64,000 nt of DNA, taken from the NCBI GenBank assembly GCA_965602015.1, contig OZ271918.1, forward strand, positions 672,001-736,000, in the 5' to 3' direction. Source of the stretch: Salinispira sp. (lineage in GTDB: Bacteria; Spirochaetota; Spirochaetia; DSM-27196; Salinispiraceae). A program made the translations under genes and the position numbers. The notes beneath the pieces were generated by a model that was not told where the DNA came from, made no database searches, and saw nothing but the letters and a program-made list of their open reading frames with translations. Positions 21,498-31,969 of the stretch are shown here, piece by piece. The stretch's first letter is position 1. Each line of letters begins with the position of its first letter.

Positions 21498-22654
21498 TTT
21501 TCCGTCTGCTTCCTCATATTGAAGATATCGAAGCTTCGCAATGGCAGTCCCTTGTGGGGGCTCAGCACAGTCCCTTCCTTGAGCATCATTGGCTTGCGAG
21601 TTTCGAGACATCGGGCTCCATGAGCCCCGATTCGGGCTGGCAGCCCCTGCATCTGCTGGGATTCAAATCTGACCATGATGCCGACCGAACTATCAATCCG
21701 GTTTTTGCCCTGCCCCTGTACCTCAAAAACCATAGCTGGGGCGAGTTTGTGTTTGATTTTGCCTGGGCTGACGTGGCCTCCCAATTAGGTCAGGAGTACT
21801 ACCCCAAGGCAGTCGGGGTCATTCCCGCAACCCCGGTTACCGCCTACCAGGCGCTCGATTCATCGGGTGACCCCGGCAGTTTGGCACAAGCCGTCGAATA
21901 CCTCGAGAAACGTCTTCCCGAAATGGGAGTAAAAAGCCTTTCGTTTTTATTCGCCGAGGATGATTTCGCCGACCGTCTGGAGTCTTTGGGCTTCAGCCGC
22001 TGGATTCACCAGGGCTTTGTCTGGACCCGGGACGGCATGAATGATTTTCAGGATTACCTGGACAGCTTCCGAAAAAATCAGCGGAAAAACATCCGGAAGG
22101 AGAGACAGAGCATAACCGAGCAGGAGCTGACCGTGCGCATCATCGGCGGCGATGAGCTCTGCGCTGAAGATGCCGATGACATGTTTGAGCTATACGAAAA
22201 AACCAACGACCAGTTCGGACCCTGGGCGGCGAAATTCCTCAACCGCGATTTTTTCCGCGAGAGCTTCAAACGCTGCGCCCACCAGATCCTGCTCGTTTCG
22301 GCTTTTGACTCCCGGGGCCTGAGCGTGGGCTGCTCAATGCTGGTGCACAAGGGCAGCAAGCTGTACGGCCGGTACTGGGGCAGCCGGGATTTTTTCAAGG
22401 ATCTCCATTTCAATCTCTGCTATTACGAACCCATCGACTATGCCATACGGCAGGGAATCGACTGGTTCGATCCGGGGATGGGCGGAGAGCACAAGCTGCG
22501 GCGGGGGTTTCACGGCGTCAGGCAGCATAGCATGCACCGCTTCTTCGATCCGGTAATGGACAGGATATTCTCCGCAAATATCGGACAGTTCAATCGGCAC
22601 GCCATAACCACCATCGACGCTATCAATGATTCCCTGCCCCAAAAGCCCCGATAA
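21494..22654 (+). CDS. GNAT/FemAB-like acyltransferase (DUF482 type)
   Basis: HSWGEFVFDFAWA, YYPK, LYGRYWG, LHFNLCYY, GEHKLRRGF. Confidence 0.85.
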   Translation: MIFRLLPHIEDIEASQWQSLVGAQHSPFLEHHWLASFETSGSMSPDSGWQPLHLLGFKSDHDADRTINPVFALPLYLKNHSWGEFVFDFAWADVASQLGQEYYPKAVGVIPATPVTAYQALDSSGDPGSLAQAVEYLEKRLPEMGVKSLSFLFAEDDFADRLESLGFSRWIHQGFVWTRDGMNDFQDYLDSFRKNQRKNIRKERQSITEQELTVRIIGGDELCAEDADDMFELYEKTNDQFGPWAAKFLNRDFFRESFKRCAHQILLVSAFDSRGLSVGCSMLVHKGSKLYGRYWGSRDFFKDLHFNLCYYEPIDYAIRQGIDWFDPGMGGEHKLRRGFHGVRQHSMHRFFDPVMDRIFSANIGQFNRHAITTIDAINDSLPQKPR

Positions 22655-22695
22655 TGCTACAATCTCTGCCATGACAAAATCAGCCGGAGAGCCCC

Positions 22696-23706
22696 ATGCC
22701 GGATAAGGGAAACAGTCTCAGCCGGCGGGTGGCAATCAGTATTTTTCTCCTCGTTCCCGTGTTGCTTTTTATGCTGTACGCCATCGTCAGACTTCTGCTT
22801 TTGGCTGGGGATGCCCGCCTGGGTCCTCCCCAGCTGGGGATCGACGGCGGCCTCAGGCGGGATGCACATATTTCGGTAATGTTTCCCGGCAATCAGCGGG
22901 ATTTTTATTCCCAGATTCGAAGCGGACTGCAGGATTATCTGGAGTCTCAGGGACAGCAAAGCCTTGGGCTGCAGTATCTCGAGCCCTTTCCCTTTATGAG
23001 CGCGGAGGAGTCCCTTTTCCGGCACAGCGAGATCGCTGCTCTGGCTCAGGTCGACGGGGTAGTTATTGCCCCGGTGCAGTCCCGGCGAATCTCCAGCCTT
23101 CTTGCAAGGAGCAGGCTGGAGGGCATTCCCGTGGTGGCACTGAACAGTAATCTCGAAGCGGGTTCCGTCGATACGGTAATCGGCGTGGACAGCTTCTCCC
23201 TGGGGGTGCGGATCGGGGAGATCCTCAGCGGCAGCGAACTCAGTTCCGGCGTGTATATCCAGGGCGCTAACACCCTCATCCCTCAAAGCGCAGAGTTCAT
23301 CAGCGGATTTCGTGCCGCGTTGTTTCCGTTGAATCGCCGGCTTCCCCTGGAAATTTCCGGGGAAGGGGACGATGGTCTTGGCCTTCGCAGCACTGTGGAA
23401 TCGGTGCTTTCCCGGGTACCTGAAATCGACCTGGTGATAGCCGACAGTCCGGATCTGACACTGATTCTCGCTCAGGCGGTGGTTGAGAGCAATCTGGTTG
23501 GACGGCTCACCATTGTCGGCGTGAGAGGAGCTGCGGAGATTGACGAATACTTCGAGTCCGAAGTTATCAGCTACCTGATCAGCGTGAATCCCGAAGAAAT
23601 CGCCATTAAAACCATTGAGGCTCTTGCGGGACTGCTTGCCGGCGAAACCGTGGCCGGTGAGGTTCCGGTATCCGTAAGGATAGAGGAGGCCGGCGGCGGT
23701 GAATAG
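22696..23706 (+). CDS. Membrane-anchored sugar-binding-fold (periplasmic binding protein type I) protein
   Basis: N-terminal TM, VDGVVIAP, GIPVVALNS, IGVDSF; overlaps the kinase start. Confidence 0.7.
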   Translation: MPDKGNSLSRRVAISIFLLVPVLLFMLYAIVRLLLLAGDARLGPPQLGIDGGLRRDAHISVMFPGNQRDFYSQIRSGLQDYLESQGQQSLGLQYLEPFPFMSAEESLFRHSEIAALAQVDGVVIAPVQSRRISSLLARSRLEGIPVVALNSNLEAGSVDTVIGVDSFSLGVRIGEILSGSELSSGVYIQGANTLIPQSAEFISGFRAALFPLNRRLPLEISGEGDDGLGLRSTVESVLSRVPEIDLVIADSPDLTLILAQAVVESNLVGRLTIVGVRGAAEIDEYFESEVISYLISVNPEEIAIKTIEALAGLLAGETVAGEVPVSVRIEEAGGGE

Positions 23707-25189
23707 GCGAATGAGCTCCATCCGGTCCCGGATCAGTCTGGTATTTCTGTTAAGCCTTCTTCCTCTTGCCCTGGCAGCCCTCCTGGTATTTATCTATTCG
23801 AGCAGCCTGCTCCGGTCCGCCCAGGCGCTATTTGACCAGAACCTGTATCTCGAGGAGTTGAACCGGGCCCTGGTTGACCTGGACCGGGAGACCCAGAATT
23901 ATCTGGATACCCGGGATGATCAGGCCCTGCGAAGTTTTTTCCTCTTCGACGCCCAGCTGGCGTCGATCATTGAAGACCTTCCTCAGGATCCTTCGGCGGA
24001 CAGCAACGGCCTCAATCTCCGGCTTCTTCGCCGACTCTTCGAACGCTACCGCCGCGAGGTAGGCCAGGCGGTTAACGCCCGGAGGGGAAGGCTGACTGAG
24101 CGCTACAGCGAACTGTATGCCAACAGCCGCAGAATTATCGACTACATCAATCTGCTCGTCTTAAGCGTCAACTGGCTGGATTTTCAGGAGAGCCTCCAGA
24201 GCTATCTGTCGTTTTCCCGTTGGTATAACGAGATCCAGTTCTGGGCCCTGCTCCTGTTGAGCGCCACGGCCCTGCTGTCCCTCCTGCTCATCAATCTGTT
24301 TTCAATTCAGTTGAGCCTGCCGCTCATCAGACTGAGCGCCGCCGCCAGGGATTTCGGAGAAGGGAAGTTCGACTCGGGCGATGTGGAGACCAGGGGCGCT
24401 AGCCGGGAAGTCCGCCAACTGGCCGGTACCTTTAACACCATGCGGGAGCGAATTCGGCTGTATATCGAGGAAATGAAAGACAAGGCCAGGATGAAGCAGG
24501 ATCTGATGGAGCAGAACATCCAGAATCTGCATATGAAGCACGTCCTGAAGAGCGCAGAACTCATTGCGCTGCAGAATCAGATAAATCCTCATTTTCTATT
24601 TAACAGCATCAATACCGGGCTGCAGCTCTCGGTGGTTGAGGATTCTCCCCGGACAGCCGACTATCTTGCCCATCTGGCGGAGCTTTACCGCTATAATCTG
24701 CGGAAATCGGACACCCCTGTGACCCTGGACGAGGAGATCGCTTCGCTGGAAAGCTACATCTATATCTTGCGTATTCGATTTGGCGACCGTATCGCTTTTG
24801 CTATTGATGTTGATCCCGCATGCAGGAATTACCTCCTCCCTCCGGTAATCCTCCAGCCCCTTGTAGAAAATGCGGTGAATCACGGACTCAATGCGGTGAC
24901 CGAGGGAGGGGCGGTTGAAATAACCTCGCGAAGGAGAGACAACAGGTTTTTTATCGAAGTTTGCGACAACGGTTGCGGCATGACCGCCGAGAAAATTACC
25001 GAGGCGTATAAGGCCATCAGCGATGAGGACCCCCTGGATATGGTGATGAATGAAAGCCAGGGTATCGGCCTGACCAATGTCCTCCAGAGAATACGCCTCT
25101 TTTTTGGAAACCGTGCTACCATACTGGTGGAAAATCGGGAGACCGGGGGTACCAGGATTGCCTTCGATCTCCCTCCCAAGGAGCATTAG
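23699..25189 (+). CDS. LytS/YesM-type sensor histidine kinase
   Basis: Two TM, HAMP, ALQNQINPHFLFN, LQPLVENAVNHG, DNGCG, GIGLTNV. Confidence 0.92.
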   Translation: MNRRMSSIRSRISLVFLLSLLPLALAALLVFIYSSSLLRSAQALFDQNLYLEELNRALVDLDRETQNYLDTRDDQALRSFFLFDAQLASIIEDLPQDPSADSNGLNLRLLRRLFERYRREVGQAVNARRGRLTERYSELYANSRRIIDYINLLVLSVNWLDFQESLQSYLSFSRWYNEIQFWALLLLSATALLSLLLINLFSIQLSLPLIRLSAAARDFGEGKFDSGDVETRGASREVRQLAGTFNTMRERIRLYIEEMKDKARMKQDLMEQNIQNLHMKHVLKSAELIALQNQINPHFLFNSINTGLQLSVVEDSPRTADYLAHLAELYRYNLRKSDTPVTLDEEIASLESYIYILRIRFGDRIAFAIDVDPACRNYLLPPVILQPLVENAVNHGLNAVTEGGAVEITSRRRDNRFFIEVCDNGCGMTAEKITEAYKAISDEDPLDMVMNESQGIGLTNVLQRIRLFFGNRATILVENRETGGTRIAFDLPPKEH

Positions 25190-26755
25190 TTGAGCGAGAA
25201 TATCCGGATTTTTGTCGTTGACGATGAACAACCGGTCCTCGAAGGGGTGCGGGCGGTGGTAAAAAACCAGGCTGAGGGCTTCACCGTTGCCGGCACCGCC
25301 CTAAACGGCCGTCACGCCCTGGAGGAAATACGCAGTCTCCAACCCGATGTTATTCTCATGGATATCAATATGCCCGGGCTCAGCGGCATCGAAGTAGTAC
25401 GGGAGCTCAGGTCTCAGGGAATTCGCACAGTATGCATACTCGTAACGGCTTATGAGCGCTTCGATATTGCCCGCGAGGCCTTCGGTCTCGGTATTTTCGC
25501 CTATCTGCTCAAGCCGGTAACCCCGGCAAACCTTCTGGAGGTGCTTGAGGATGCCCGTCGTGAAGTCGAGCAAAACCGCTCCCGGGACGCGGGGTATCTG
25601 GAAACCCGCAGCAGCCTGGAAAGCCTCATGGCGCGGAGCGAACGCTATTTTTTCAGCCTCCTTCTCTCCGGCGGCATGGATGAGGATGAAATTCTCGCCG
25701 GTGCCGGGGAAATGGGTATTTCTCTGGACGATAGCTGCACTCTGGTCCTCCTGTCGCACGGGGGAGATAAGGCCGGGGCCTTCGACGATTTCCTCAGACA
25801 GCTTGGATACAGCTACGGGTTCAAACGCAGTCTCGAACGCAATAACCGGGTCTTTCTTGTAATACCCGGCGATCCGGGTTCACAGAGACTGGCAGCGGTC
25901 ATGAAGCGGATTGTCGAGAAGAACCCCGAGCGCTATGTTTCACTGAACCTCCATCACGCCATGCACACAATCGAAAGCACGAAGTCCCTGGCTTCCGCCG
26001 CCCGGGCATTGATAAACCGGATTCCCGCCAGACTGTCATCCGGCCGCCCCAGCCTGAATGAAGCTGAGGCTGACCCATCGGCTCAAGCCGCGGACCCTGG
26101 CGCACATAAAAGCGGGAGAGGCGCAGCATCTCCCGGTCTTGAGCAGACTAATAATGTGGAAAATTTGCTCCTGGCGGGAGAAGCCGGGAAGGCCTTTACT
26201 GCCCTCCGGCTCGCCGAGCCGGGAATTTTCCGCCGGGCTCCGGATTTGTATGACCGGGCCCTGCGCATGCTCAGCCTGCTGTACGCCCGGGAGGACGATG
26301 AAGGGATTGAACGTTGGCTGGCGGGGGTCAGTCTCCCCAATCCTGAGGACACACACGCCGTTGAAGCCTGGCTGAGGGATGAGCTGGAAGCCCTTGCGGA
26401 TCATTATCAGCGAAAGCTGGAGACCAACCCATTAATCCGGCAAGCCCTGTTATATGTTGAGGGAAACTATTCCCGAAGCATTGGTTTGGAAGATGCCGCG
26501 GATAGCTGCGGTGTCAGTCCCCAGCATCTGAGCAAGACGTTCTCCCGGGTAATGGGAATATCGTTCATCGATCATCTCACGCAGGTGAGGATTCAGCATG
26601 CTATAGAACTGTTTCGAAGAGGAAACAGGAGCATCCGCCAGGTCGCCGAGGCCTGCGGATATGCCGACGCAAACTATTTCAGCAGAACCTTTCGGAAAGT
26701 CCACGGATCCAGCCCCACCTCGTTTCTTCAGGGCCTGGAGAAGGAGTCTTCATGA
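25190..26755 (+). CDS. YesN-type response regulator (REC plus AraC HTH)
   Basis: VVDDE, LMDINMPG, YLLKP; C-terminal VAEACGYADANYFSRTFRK. Confidence 0.92.
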   Translation: MSENIRIFVVDDEQPVLEGVRAVVKNQAEGFTVAGTALNGRHALEEIRSLQPDVILMDINMPGLSGIEVVRELRSQGIRTVCILVTAYERFDIAREAFGLGIFAYLLKPVTPANLLEVLEDARREVEQNRSRDAGYLETRSSLESLMARSERYFFSLLLSGGMDEDEILAGAGEMGISLDDSCTLVLLSHGGDKAGAFDDFLRQLGYSYGFKRSLERNNRVFLVIPGDPGSQRLAAVMKRIVEKNPERYVSLNLHHAMHTIESTKSLASAARALINRIPARLSSGRPSLNEAEADPSAQAADPGAHKSGRGAASPGLEQTNNVENLLLAGEAGKAFTALRLAEPGIFRRAPDLYDRALRMLSLLYAREDDEGIERWLAGVSLPNPEDTHAVEAWLRDELEALADHYQRKLETNPLIRQALLYVEGNYSRSIGLEDAADSCGVSPQHLSKTFSRVMGISFIDHLTQVRIQHAIELFRRGNRSIRQVAEACGYADANYFSRTFRKVHGSSPTSFLQGLEKESS

Positions 26756-27801
26756 GGTCAATCCAGCCAAAAACGCTTCTCGCTGCCGCCCTGGTTGCCC
26801 TTACGCTGCTGAGCGCATGCGGGTCCGAAGCCGAATCCACCGGCAATACCGGAATGAGCCGCTCAGTGGTTATTGGATTTTCCCTCGATTCCCTGGTGGT
26901 GGAGCGTTGGCAGCGCGACGAGAGGGAGTTCGTGTTAAAAGCCCGGAGTCTCGGGGCCGAAGTCGAATACCGGAATGCCCTGGCCGATCCGGCCCGACAG
27001 CTTGAAGATATTCAGGAACTCATCGACATGGAAGTCGATGCCCTGGTTATCGTGCCCAATGACGCCCAGGCCCTTCGTCCCGCTATTGACCGGGCAGTCA
27101 ATCTGGGAATTCCGGTGGTGAGTTACGACAGACTCATTCTCAATGCGGAAATTGACGCATATGTGAGTTTCGACAATGTTGAGGTCGGACGACTCATGGC
27201 CGAGGGCATGGTAAAGTTCAACTCGGGCAGCGGACGCTTCCTGCTCATCAACGGCGGAGCCGTCGACAATAATTCCCGCTTACTCAAACGGGGAATAATG
27301 GAAGTTCTGCAGCCCTACATTGACAGGGGAAGCGTCGAAATTGCCGGAGAGATTAACCCGAGGGACTGGTATACCTCGTATATCGAGGACGAGCTCGAGG
27401 CATTTATCAAAGAGGGCAATCTGGACGGAATAATCGCCGCCAACGACCTGTTCGCCGACAGCGCCATAGAGATCCTCGCACGTAACCGGATGGCGGGAGA
27501 GGTCATTGTGGTGGGGCAGGACGCGGACCTCATCGCGGTGCAGAGACTGGTTGAAGGCATACAACACCGGACCATTTACAAGCCCATCGATCAGCTTGCA
27601 AAGGCTGCGGCGGAAACCGCATATCATCTGGCCATTGGGGAGAACATCCGCTCAAACCGGCTGGTGAACAACGGCCGGACTGAGGTTCCGAGCATTATAA
27701 TACAGCCGATTGCCGTTGAGGCGGACAACATAGACCAGACGGTAATCGCCGACGGCTTTCATACCCGGGAAGAGGTGTACCGCAGCGAAGGTAATAATTA
27801 G
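26752..27801 (+). CDS. XylF-like sugar-binding lipoprotein (possibly sensory)
   Basis: Lipobox LSAC, ERWQRD, VSYDRLI, SFDNVEVG, GQDAD, TIYKP. Confidence 0.85.
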   Translation: MRSIQPKTLLAAALVALTLLSACGSEAESTGNTGMSRSVVIGFSLDSLVVERWQRDEREFVLKARSLGAEVEYRNALADPARQLEDIQELIDMEVDALVIVPNDAQALRPAIDRAVNLGIPVVSYDRLILNAEIDAYVSFDNVEVGRLMAEGMVKFNSGSGRFLLINGGAVDNNSRLLKRGIMEVLQPYIDRGSVEIAGEINPRDWYTSYIEDELEAFIKEGNLDGIIAANDLFADSAIEILARNRMAGEVIVVGQDADLIAVQRLVEGIQHRTIYKPIDQLAKAAAETAYHLAIGENIRSNRLVNNGRTEVPSIIIQPIAVEADNIDQTVIADGFHTREEVYRSEGNN

Positions 27802-27971
27802 CATTGGAATAGCTTAAATTTGTGCTACTTCCCGGCAGACAAATTTACCCACCCTTAAAAACTTCCGCATATATCATAATTTTTTCGTCATGACGTAAAA
27901 AAAAACCAGGGGTAGTCTGTTGTCACTGAGGCGGTATGCCTCGAAAGACAACTATTTAGGAGGGCGTCTTT

Positions 27972-28988
27972 ATGAAAAAGAGTCTTGCAATAGCTCTGAC
28001 GCTTGTATTTATTTTCGGAACCCTGGTTAGTGCATTCGCAGCCGGTGGCGCTGAAGCCGATGAACTGGTAATTGGTCTTTCCCTGCCCACACAGCGGGAA
28101 GCCCGTTGGGTCAATGACAAGATCACCATGGAAAACTATGCGGAAGAGCTGGGAGTTACCCTGCTTGTTCAGGTTGCCGATGCCGACCAGGCACAGCAGA
28201 CTGCTCAGGTTGAAACCCTGCTTACCCGCGGAATCGACGTTCTGATTCTCGCTCCCCACGATGCATCCGCATCCGCAGCACTCGTTAGCGCAGCTGAAGA
28301 AGAAGGCGTACCGGTAATTTCCTACGACCGTCTTATCACCAACAGCGGCGATGTCGATCTGTACATCTCCTTCGACAACGTAGGCGTTGGCCGCCTCCAG
28401 GGCGAGTACTTTGTTGAAAATACTCCTCCGGGCAACATCATCATCATGAGCGGTGCTCCCACCGACAACAACGCTACCCTCTTCAAGCAGGGCGCCATGG
28501 AGTTCATTCAGCCCAGAATCGACGACGGTACCTACACTGTAGTTGCCGAGCAGGGCGTAGACAACTGGCTTCCCACCAATGCGCTGAGCATTGTTGAGAA
28601 CGCTCTTACTGCTGCGAACAACGATGTAGTCGGTATCCTCGCTCCCAATGACGGCACCGCCGGCGGCGCAATCGTCGCTCTCGAAGCCCAGGGTCTTGCA
28701 GGAAACGTCACCGTAACTGGTCAGGACTCGGAAGCCGCAGCGGCTCGTCGGATCCTCGCCGGTACCCAGAGCATGACCGTATTCAAAGATACCCGTGACC
28801 TCGGTCGCGCGGCCATCGATGCAGCCATTGTTTTTGCTCGCGGCGAAATGCCCGAGACCAACGGCGCGGTTGCTAACGGCGTATTCGACGTACCTTCCGT
28901 TCTCCTGGTTCCCTATGTCGTAACCGCCGACAACCTGGAAGAACTGCTCATCGGCAGCGGTTACCTGAGCCCCGAAGATATCGAGTAA
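27972..28988 (+). CDS. xylF: Sugar ABC transporter substrate-binding protein (XylF/ChvE family)
   Basis: REARWVND, ISYDRLI, GAPTDNNA, APNDG, TGQD, TVFKD; AFAAGGAE signal end. Confidence 0.75.
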   Translation: MKKSLAIALTLVFIFGTLVSAFAAGGAEADELVIGLSLPTQREARWVNDKITMENYAEELGVTLLVQVADADQAQQTAQVETLLTRGIDVLILAPHDASASAALVSAAEEEGVPVISYDRLITNSGDVDLYISFDNVGVGRLQGEYFVENTPPGNIIIMSGAPTDNNATLFKQGAMEFIQPRIDDGTYTVVAEQGVDNWLPTNALSIVENALTAANNDVVGILAPNDGTAGGAIVALEAQGLAGNVTVTGQDSEAAAARRILAGTQSMTVFKDTRDLGRAAIDAAIVFARGEMPETNGAVANGVFDVPSVLLVPYVVTADNLEELLIGSGYLSPEDIE

Positions 28989-29012
28989 TCGGTAATAATC
29001 GGATCGCACACT

Positions 29013-29045
29013 GCGAACCGGGCTGTTATAGCCCGGTTCGCTTTT
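29013..29045 (+). terminator. Intra-operon stem-loop after the binding-protein gene
   Basis: GCGAACCGGGCT-gttat-AGCCCGGTTCGC then TTTT. Confidence 0.65.
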
Positions 29046-29118
29046 ACACAGGTATCGATCGGGGCTTAACCGTCCGGCTGATCGGTAATCAACCATCAAT
29101 TCAAAACCTGGAATAACC

Positions 29119-30645
29119 ATGAGTGAATACATTTTAGAAATGCAGAACATCACCAAGGAGTTTCCCGGCGTCAGGGCACTTGACGACGTCAACCTCCGGG
29201 TAAAGCGCGGAGAAATCCACGCGCTGGTCGGTGAAAACGGGGCTGGAAAATCCACCTTGATGAAGGTTCTGTCCGGGGTGTATCCCACCGGCACATATCA
29301 GGGTCAGATTCTGATCGAGGGTCAGCCGCAGTCCTTCGCCGGCATCAAAGAGAGCGAGGCCTCCGGCGTCGCGGTGATCTATCAGGAACTCGCCCTGGTG
29401 AAGTACATGAATGTGGCGGAGAATATTTTCCTGGGTAATGAGCTCAAAGACAGCCGGGGCGTCATCGACTGGCACAAGACCTACGCCCGGGCACGGGATC
29501 TTCTCAACGAAGTGCATCTGGATATTGCTCCGGAAACAAAGATCATCAATCTGGGCATCGGTTCTCAGCAGCTGACGGAAATCGCCAAGGCGCTGAGCAA
29601 AGACACCAAAATACTGGTGCTCGACGAACCCACCGCCGCTCTGAACGAGAGCGAATCGGCAAACCTGCTGTCCATCATACGGAAACTCAAGGAACAGGGC
29701 GTAACCTGTATCTACATTTCCCACAAACTCGAAGAGGTCTTGGAAATTGCCGACTCGATTACCGTACTTCGGGACGGGCATACCATCGAGACCCGGGACG
29801 CCAAGGCGGAAAAAATCACCGAAGATCAGATCATCTCGATGATGGTCGGTCGGACCCTGACCCAGCGTTTTCCCCGGGTGGAGCACACCCCCAGCGAAAC
29901 CATAATGGAAGTAAAAAACTGGACCGTTCCCCACCCTGAGATTCCCGGAAAGAACGTCATCGACAACGTCTCCTTCGAGATTCGAAAAGGAGAAATTCTG
30001 GGTCTTGCGGGCCTGATGGGTGCCGGGCGTACCGAATTGGCCACCAGCCTGTTCGGAGCATTCGGATCGGACATCACCGGAGAAGTGCTCATAAACGGCG
30101 TCCGGGTTCACATCCATAATCCGGAAACCGCCATCCAGAACGGTCTGGGTTATGTAACCGAAGACCGGAAAAGCAAGGGCCTGGTTCAGGGAATGAACAT
30201 CATAGAGAACTCTACCCTGGCCAGTCATTATCGGCTCAGCAAGGGAAACATCATCAACAAGCTGGAGGAAATCCTCCTGACAACCAAGTACGTAAATCAG
30301 CTTCACGTCAAAACCACCGGTCTCGAACAGGTGGTGAAAAATCTCTCGGGGGGAAATCAGCAAAAGGTCATCCTGGGCAAGTGGCTGATGACCCAGCCGA
30401 CGGTTCTCATTCTCGACGAACCGACCCGTGGTATCGACGTAGGCGCAAAATTCGAAATCTACAATATTATGAACGAGCTGGTTCAGCAGGGCGTGGGAAT
30501 CGTAATGATCTCCTCCGAACTGCCTGAGGTTCTCGGAATGAGCGACCGCATCCTCGTCATGCACGAGGGACGCTTCACCGGCGAACTCAATTGGCAGGAA
30601 GCGGACCAGGAAAAAGTCATGCATCTCGCAACGGGAGGAAGATAG
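29119..30645 (+). CDS. xylG: Sugar ABC transporter ATP-binding protein (XylG/GguA type)
   Basis: GENGAGKSTLMK, LDEPT, LSGGNQQK, DEPTRGIDVGAK; tandem NBDs. Confidence 0.8.
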   Translation: MSEYILEMQNITKEFPGVRALDDVNLRVKRGEIHALVGENGAGKSTLMKVLSGVYPTGTYQGQILIEGQPQSFAGIKESEASGVAVIYQELALVKYMNVAENIFLGNELKDSRGVIDWHKTYARARDLLNEVHLDIAPETKIINLGIGSQQLTEIAKALSKDTKILVLDEPTAALNESESANLLSIIRKLKEQGVTCIYISHKLEEVLEIADSITVLRDGHTIETRDAKAEKITEDQIISMMVGRTLTQRFPRVEHTPSETIMEVKNWTVPHPEIPGKNVIDNVSFEIRKGEILGLAGLMGAGRTELATSLFGAFGSDITGEVLINGVRVHIHNPETAIQNGLGYVTEDRKSKGLVQGMNIIENSTLASHYRLSKGNIINKLEEILLTTKYVNQLHVKTTGLEQVVKNLSGGNQQKVILGKWLMTQPTVLILDEPTRGIDVGAKFEIYNIMNELVQQGVGIVMISSELPEVLGMSDRILVMHEGRFTGELNWQEADQEKVMHLATGGR

Positions 30646-31844
30646 TGGACTCTTTAAAGAAAGAGCAGAGCCTGGGTGAGATCCTCAGGTTCCAGTTGAA
30701 AAATAACATCCGGCAGTACGCAATGTTTTTCGTGCTGATCGGTATTTGGCTCATCCTCTGGGTGGCCACCGGCGGAGTCTTCCTTTCGGGAAGAAACCTC
30801 ACGAACCTGCTTCTCCAGTCGAGCTTCATCGCCGTTTTGGCGGTGGGAATGGTGCTGGTAATCGTCGCAGGGCACATAGACCTTTCGGTCGGCTCTATAG
30901 CCGGTTTTATCGGGGCCGTGGCGGCGATACTCAACGTGTATCTTGAGTGGAACACCTTTATCGTTGTTCTCGTAGCCCTCGGCCTGGGTATAGTGATCGG
31001 TTTATGGCAGGGGTACTGGATAGCCTACCAGGGAATTCCGGCTTTCATCGTCACCCTTGCGGGAATGACTATTTTCCGCGGACTGCTGCTGGCCGTCGGC
31101 CGGGGCGAGACCATCGCGCCGGTCAGCGATTCCTTTGCGGCTCTGGGCGGCGGATACCTTCCCCGGCTCTTTGTTAATGTGGGCCAGCGGGACGGCTTTC
31201 ACGACCTCACCGCAATTCTGGTCGCCCTGATTATCGTTGCCTTCATCGTGATGCAGATCAGAACCCGCGCCAAGCGCGTCGAGTACGGATTTACGGTGCT
31301 TCCGGGCAATGTGGAGTTTCTAAAGATCCTCGGCGGCAGTTTGTTAATCGGAGTATTTTTTATTCCCTTGATGACCTATCGGGGCATACCGTACTCCATT
31401 CTTATTCTGATGACCCTGGTGCTGTTCTACAGCTTCCTGACCAACAATACGGTTTTCGGCCGGCATGTATATGCCATGGGCGGAAACAAGGAAGCCGCCC
31501 GCCTGTCGGGTATCAATATACAAAAAAAGACCCTGATGATCTTTGTCTCCATGGGTTTTCTCTCGGCGGTTTCCGGCCTGATTTTTACCGCGCGTTTGAA
31601 ATCCGCAACCGCAAGTGCCGGTAACCTGTTCGAACTCGACACCATTGCCGCCACCATAATCGGCGGAACTTCGACCCTCGGTGGCGAAGGCACGGTGTTC
31701 GGCGCCATCATCGGCGCTCTGCTCATGTCGTCGATCACCAACGGCATGCAGATTCTTGATGTACCCTCTGAGTGGCAGATGGTAGTACGCGGACTGGTTC
31801 TCCTCCTTGCAGTCTGGTACGACGTCTCCATGAGGAAAAAATAG
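30645..31844 (+). CDS. xylH: Sugar ABC transporter permease (XylH/GguB type)
   Basis: GHIDLSVGS, IPAFIVTL, GGNKEAARLSGI, ELDTIAA; GTG start overlaps xylG stop. Confidence 0.8.
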   Translation: MDSLKKEQSLGEILRFQLKNNIRQYAMFFVLIGIWLILWVATGGVFLSGRNLTNLLLQSSFIAVLAVGMVLVIVAGHIDLSVGSIAGFIGAVAAILNVYLEWNTFIVVLVALGLGIVIGLWQGYWIAYQGIPAFIVTLAGMTIFRGLLLAVGRGETIAPVSDSFAALGGGYLPRLFVNVGQRDGFHDLTAILVALIIVAFIVMQIRTRAKRVEYGFTVLPGNVEFLKILGGSLLIGVFFIPLMTYRGIPYSILILMTLVLFYSFLTNNTVFGRHVYAMGGNKEAARLSGINIQKKTLMIFVSMGFLSAVSGLIFTARLKSATASAGNLFELDTIAATIIGGTSTLGGEGTVFGAIIGALLMSSITNGMQILDVPSEWQMVVRGLVLLLAVWYDVSMRKK

Positions 31845-31884
31845 TAGTCCCGCAGAATACCCCCAATGTTCTGTATTACCCCCT

Positions 31885-31917
31885 CCACCCGGAGCGTTGC
31901 TCCGGGTGGTTTTTTTT
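31885..31917 (+). terminator. Intrinsic terminator of the sugar ABC operon
   Basis: CCACCCGGAGC-gtt-GCTCCGGGTGG followed by T8. Confidence 0.9.
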
Positions 31918-31969
31918 ATCGTAATGACCCGCTTCTGCGGAGCCTTCCCGAATCGACTATACTGTGCAT

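Noticed and set aside
27888..30624. 468-aa and 496-aa minus-strand ORFs
   Set aside because: Antisense to the well-supported sugar ABC genes; expected from codon bias in GC-rich DNA
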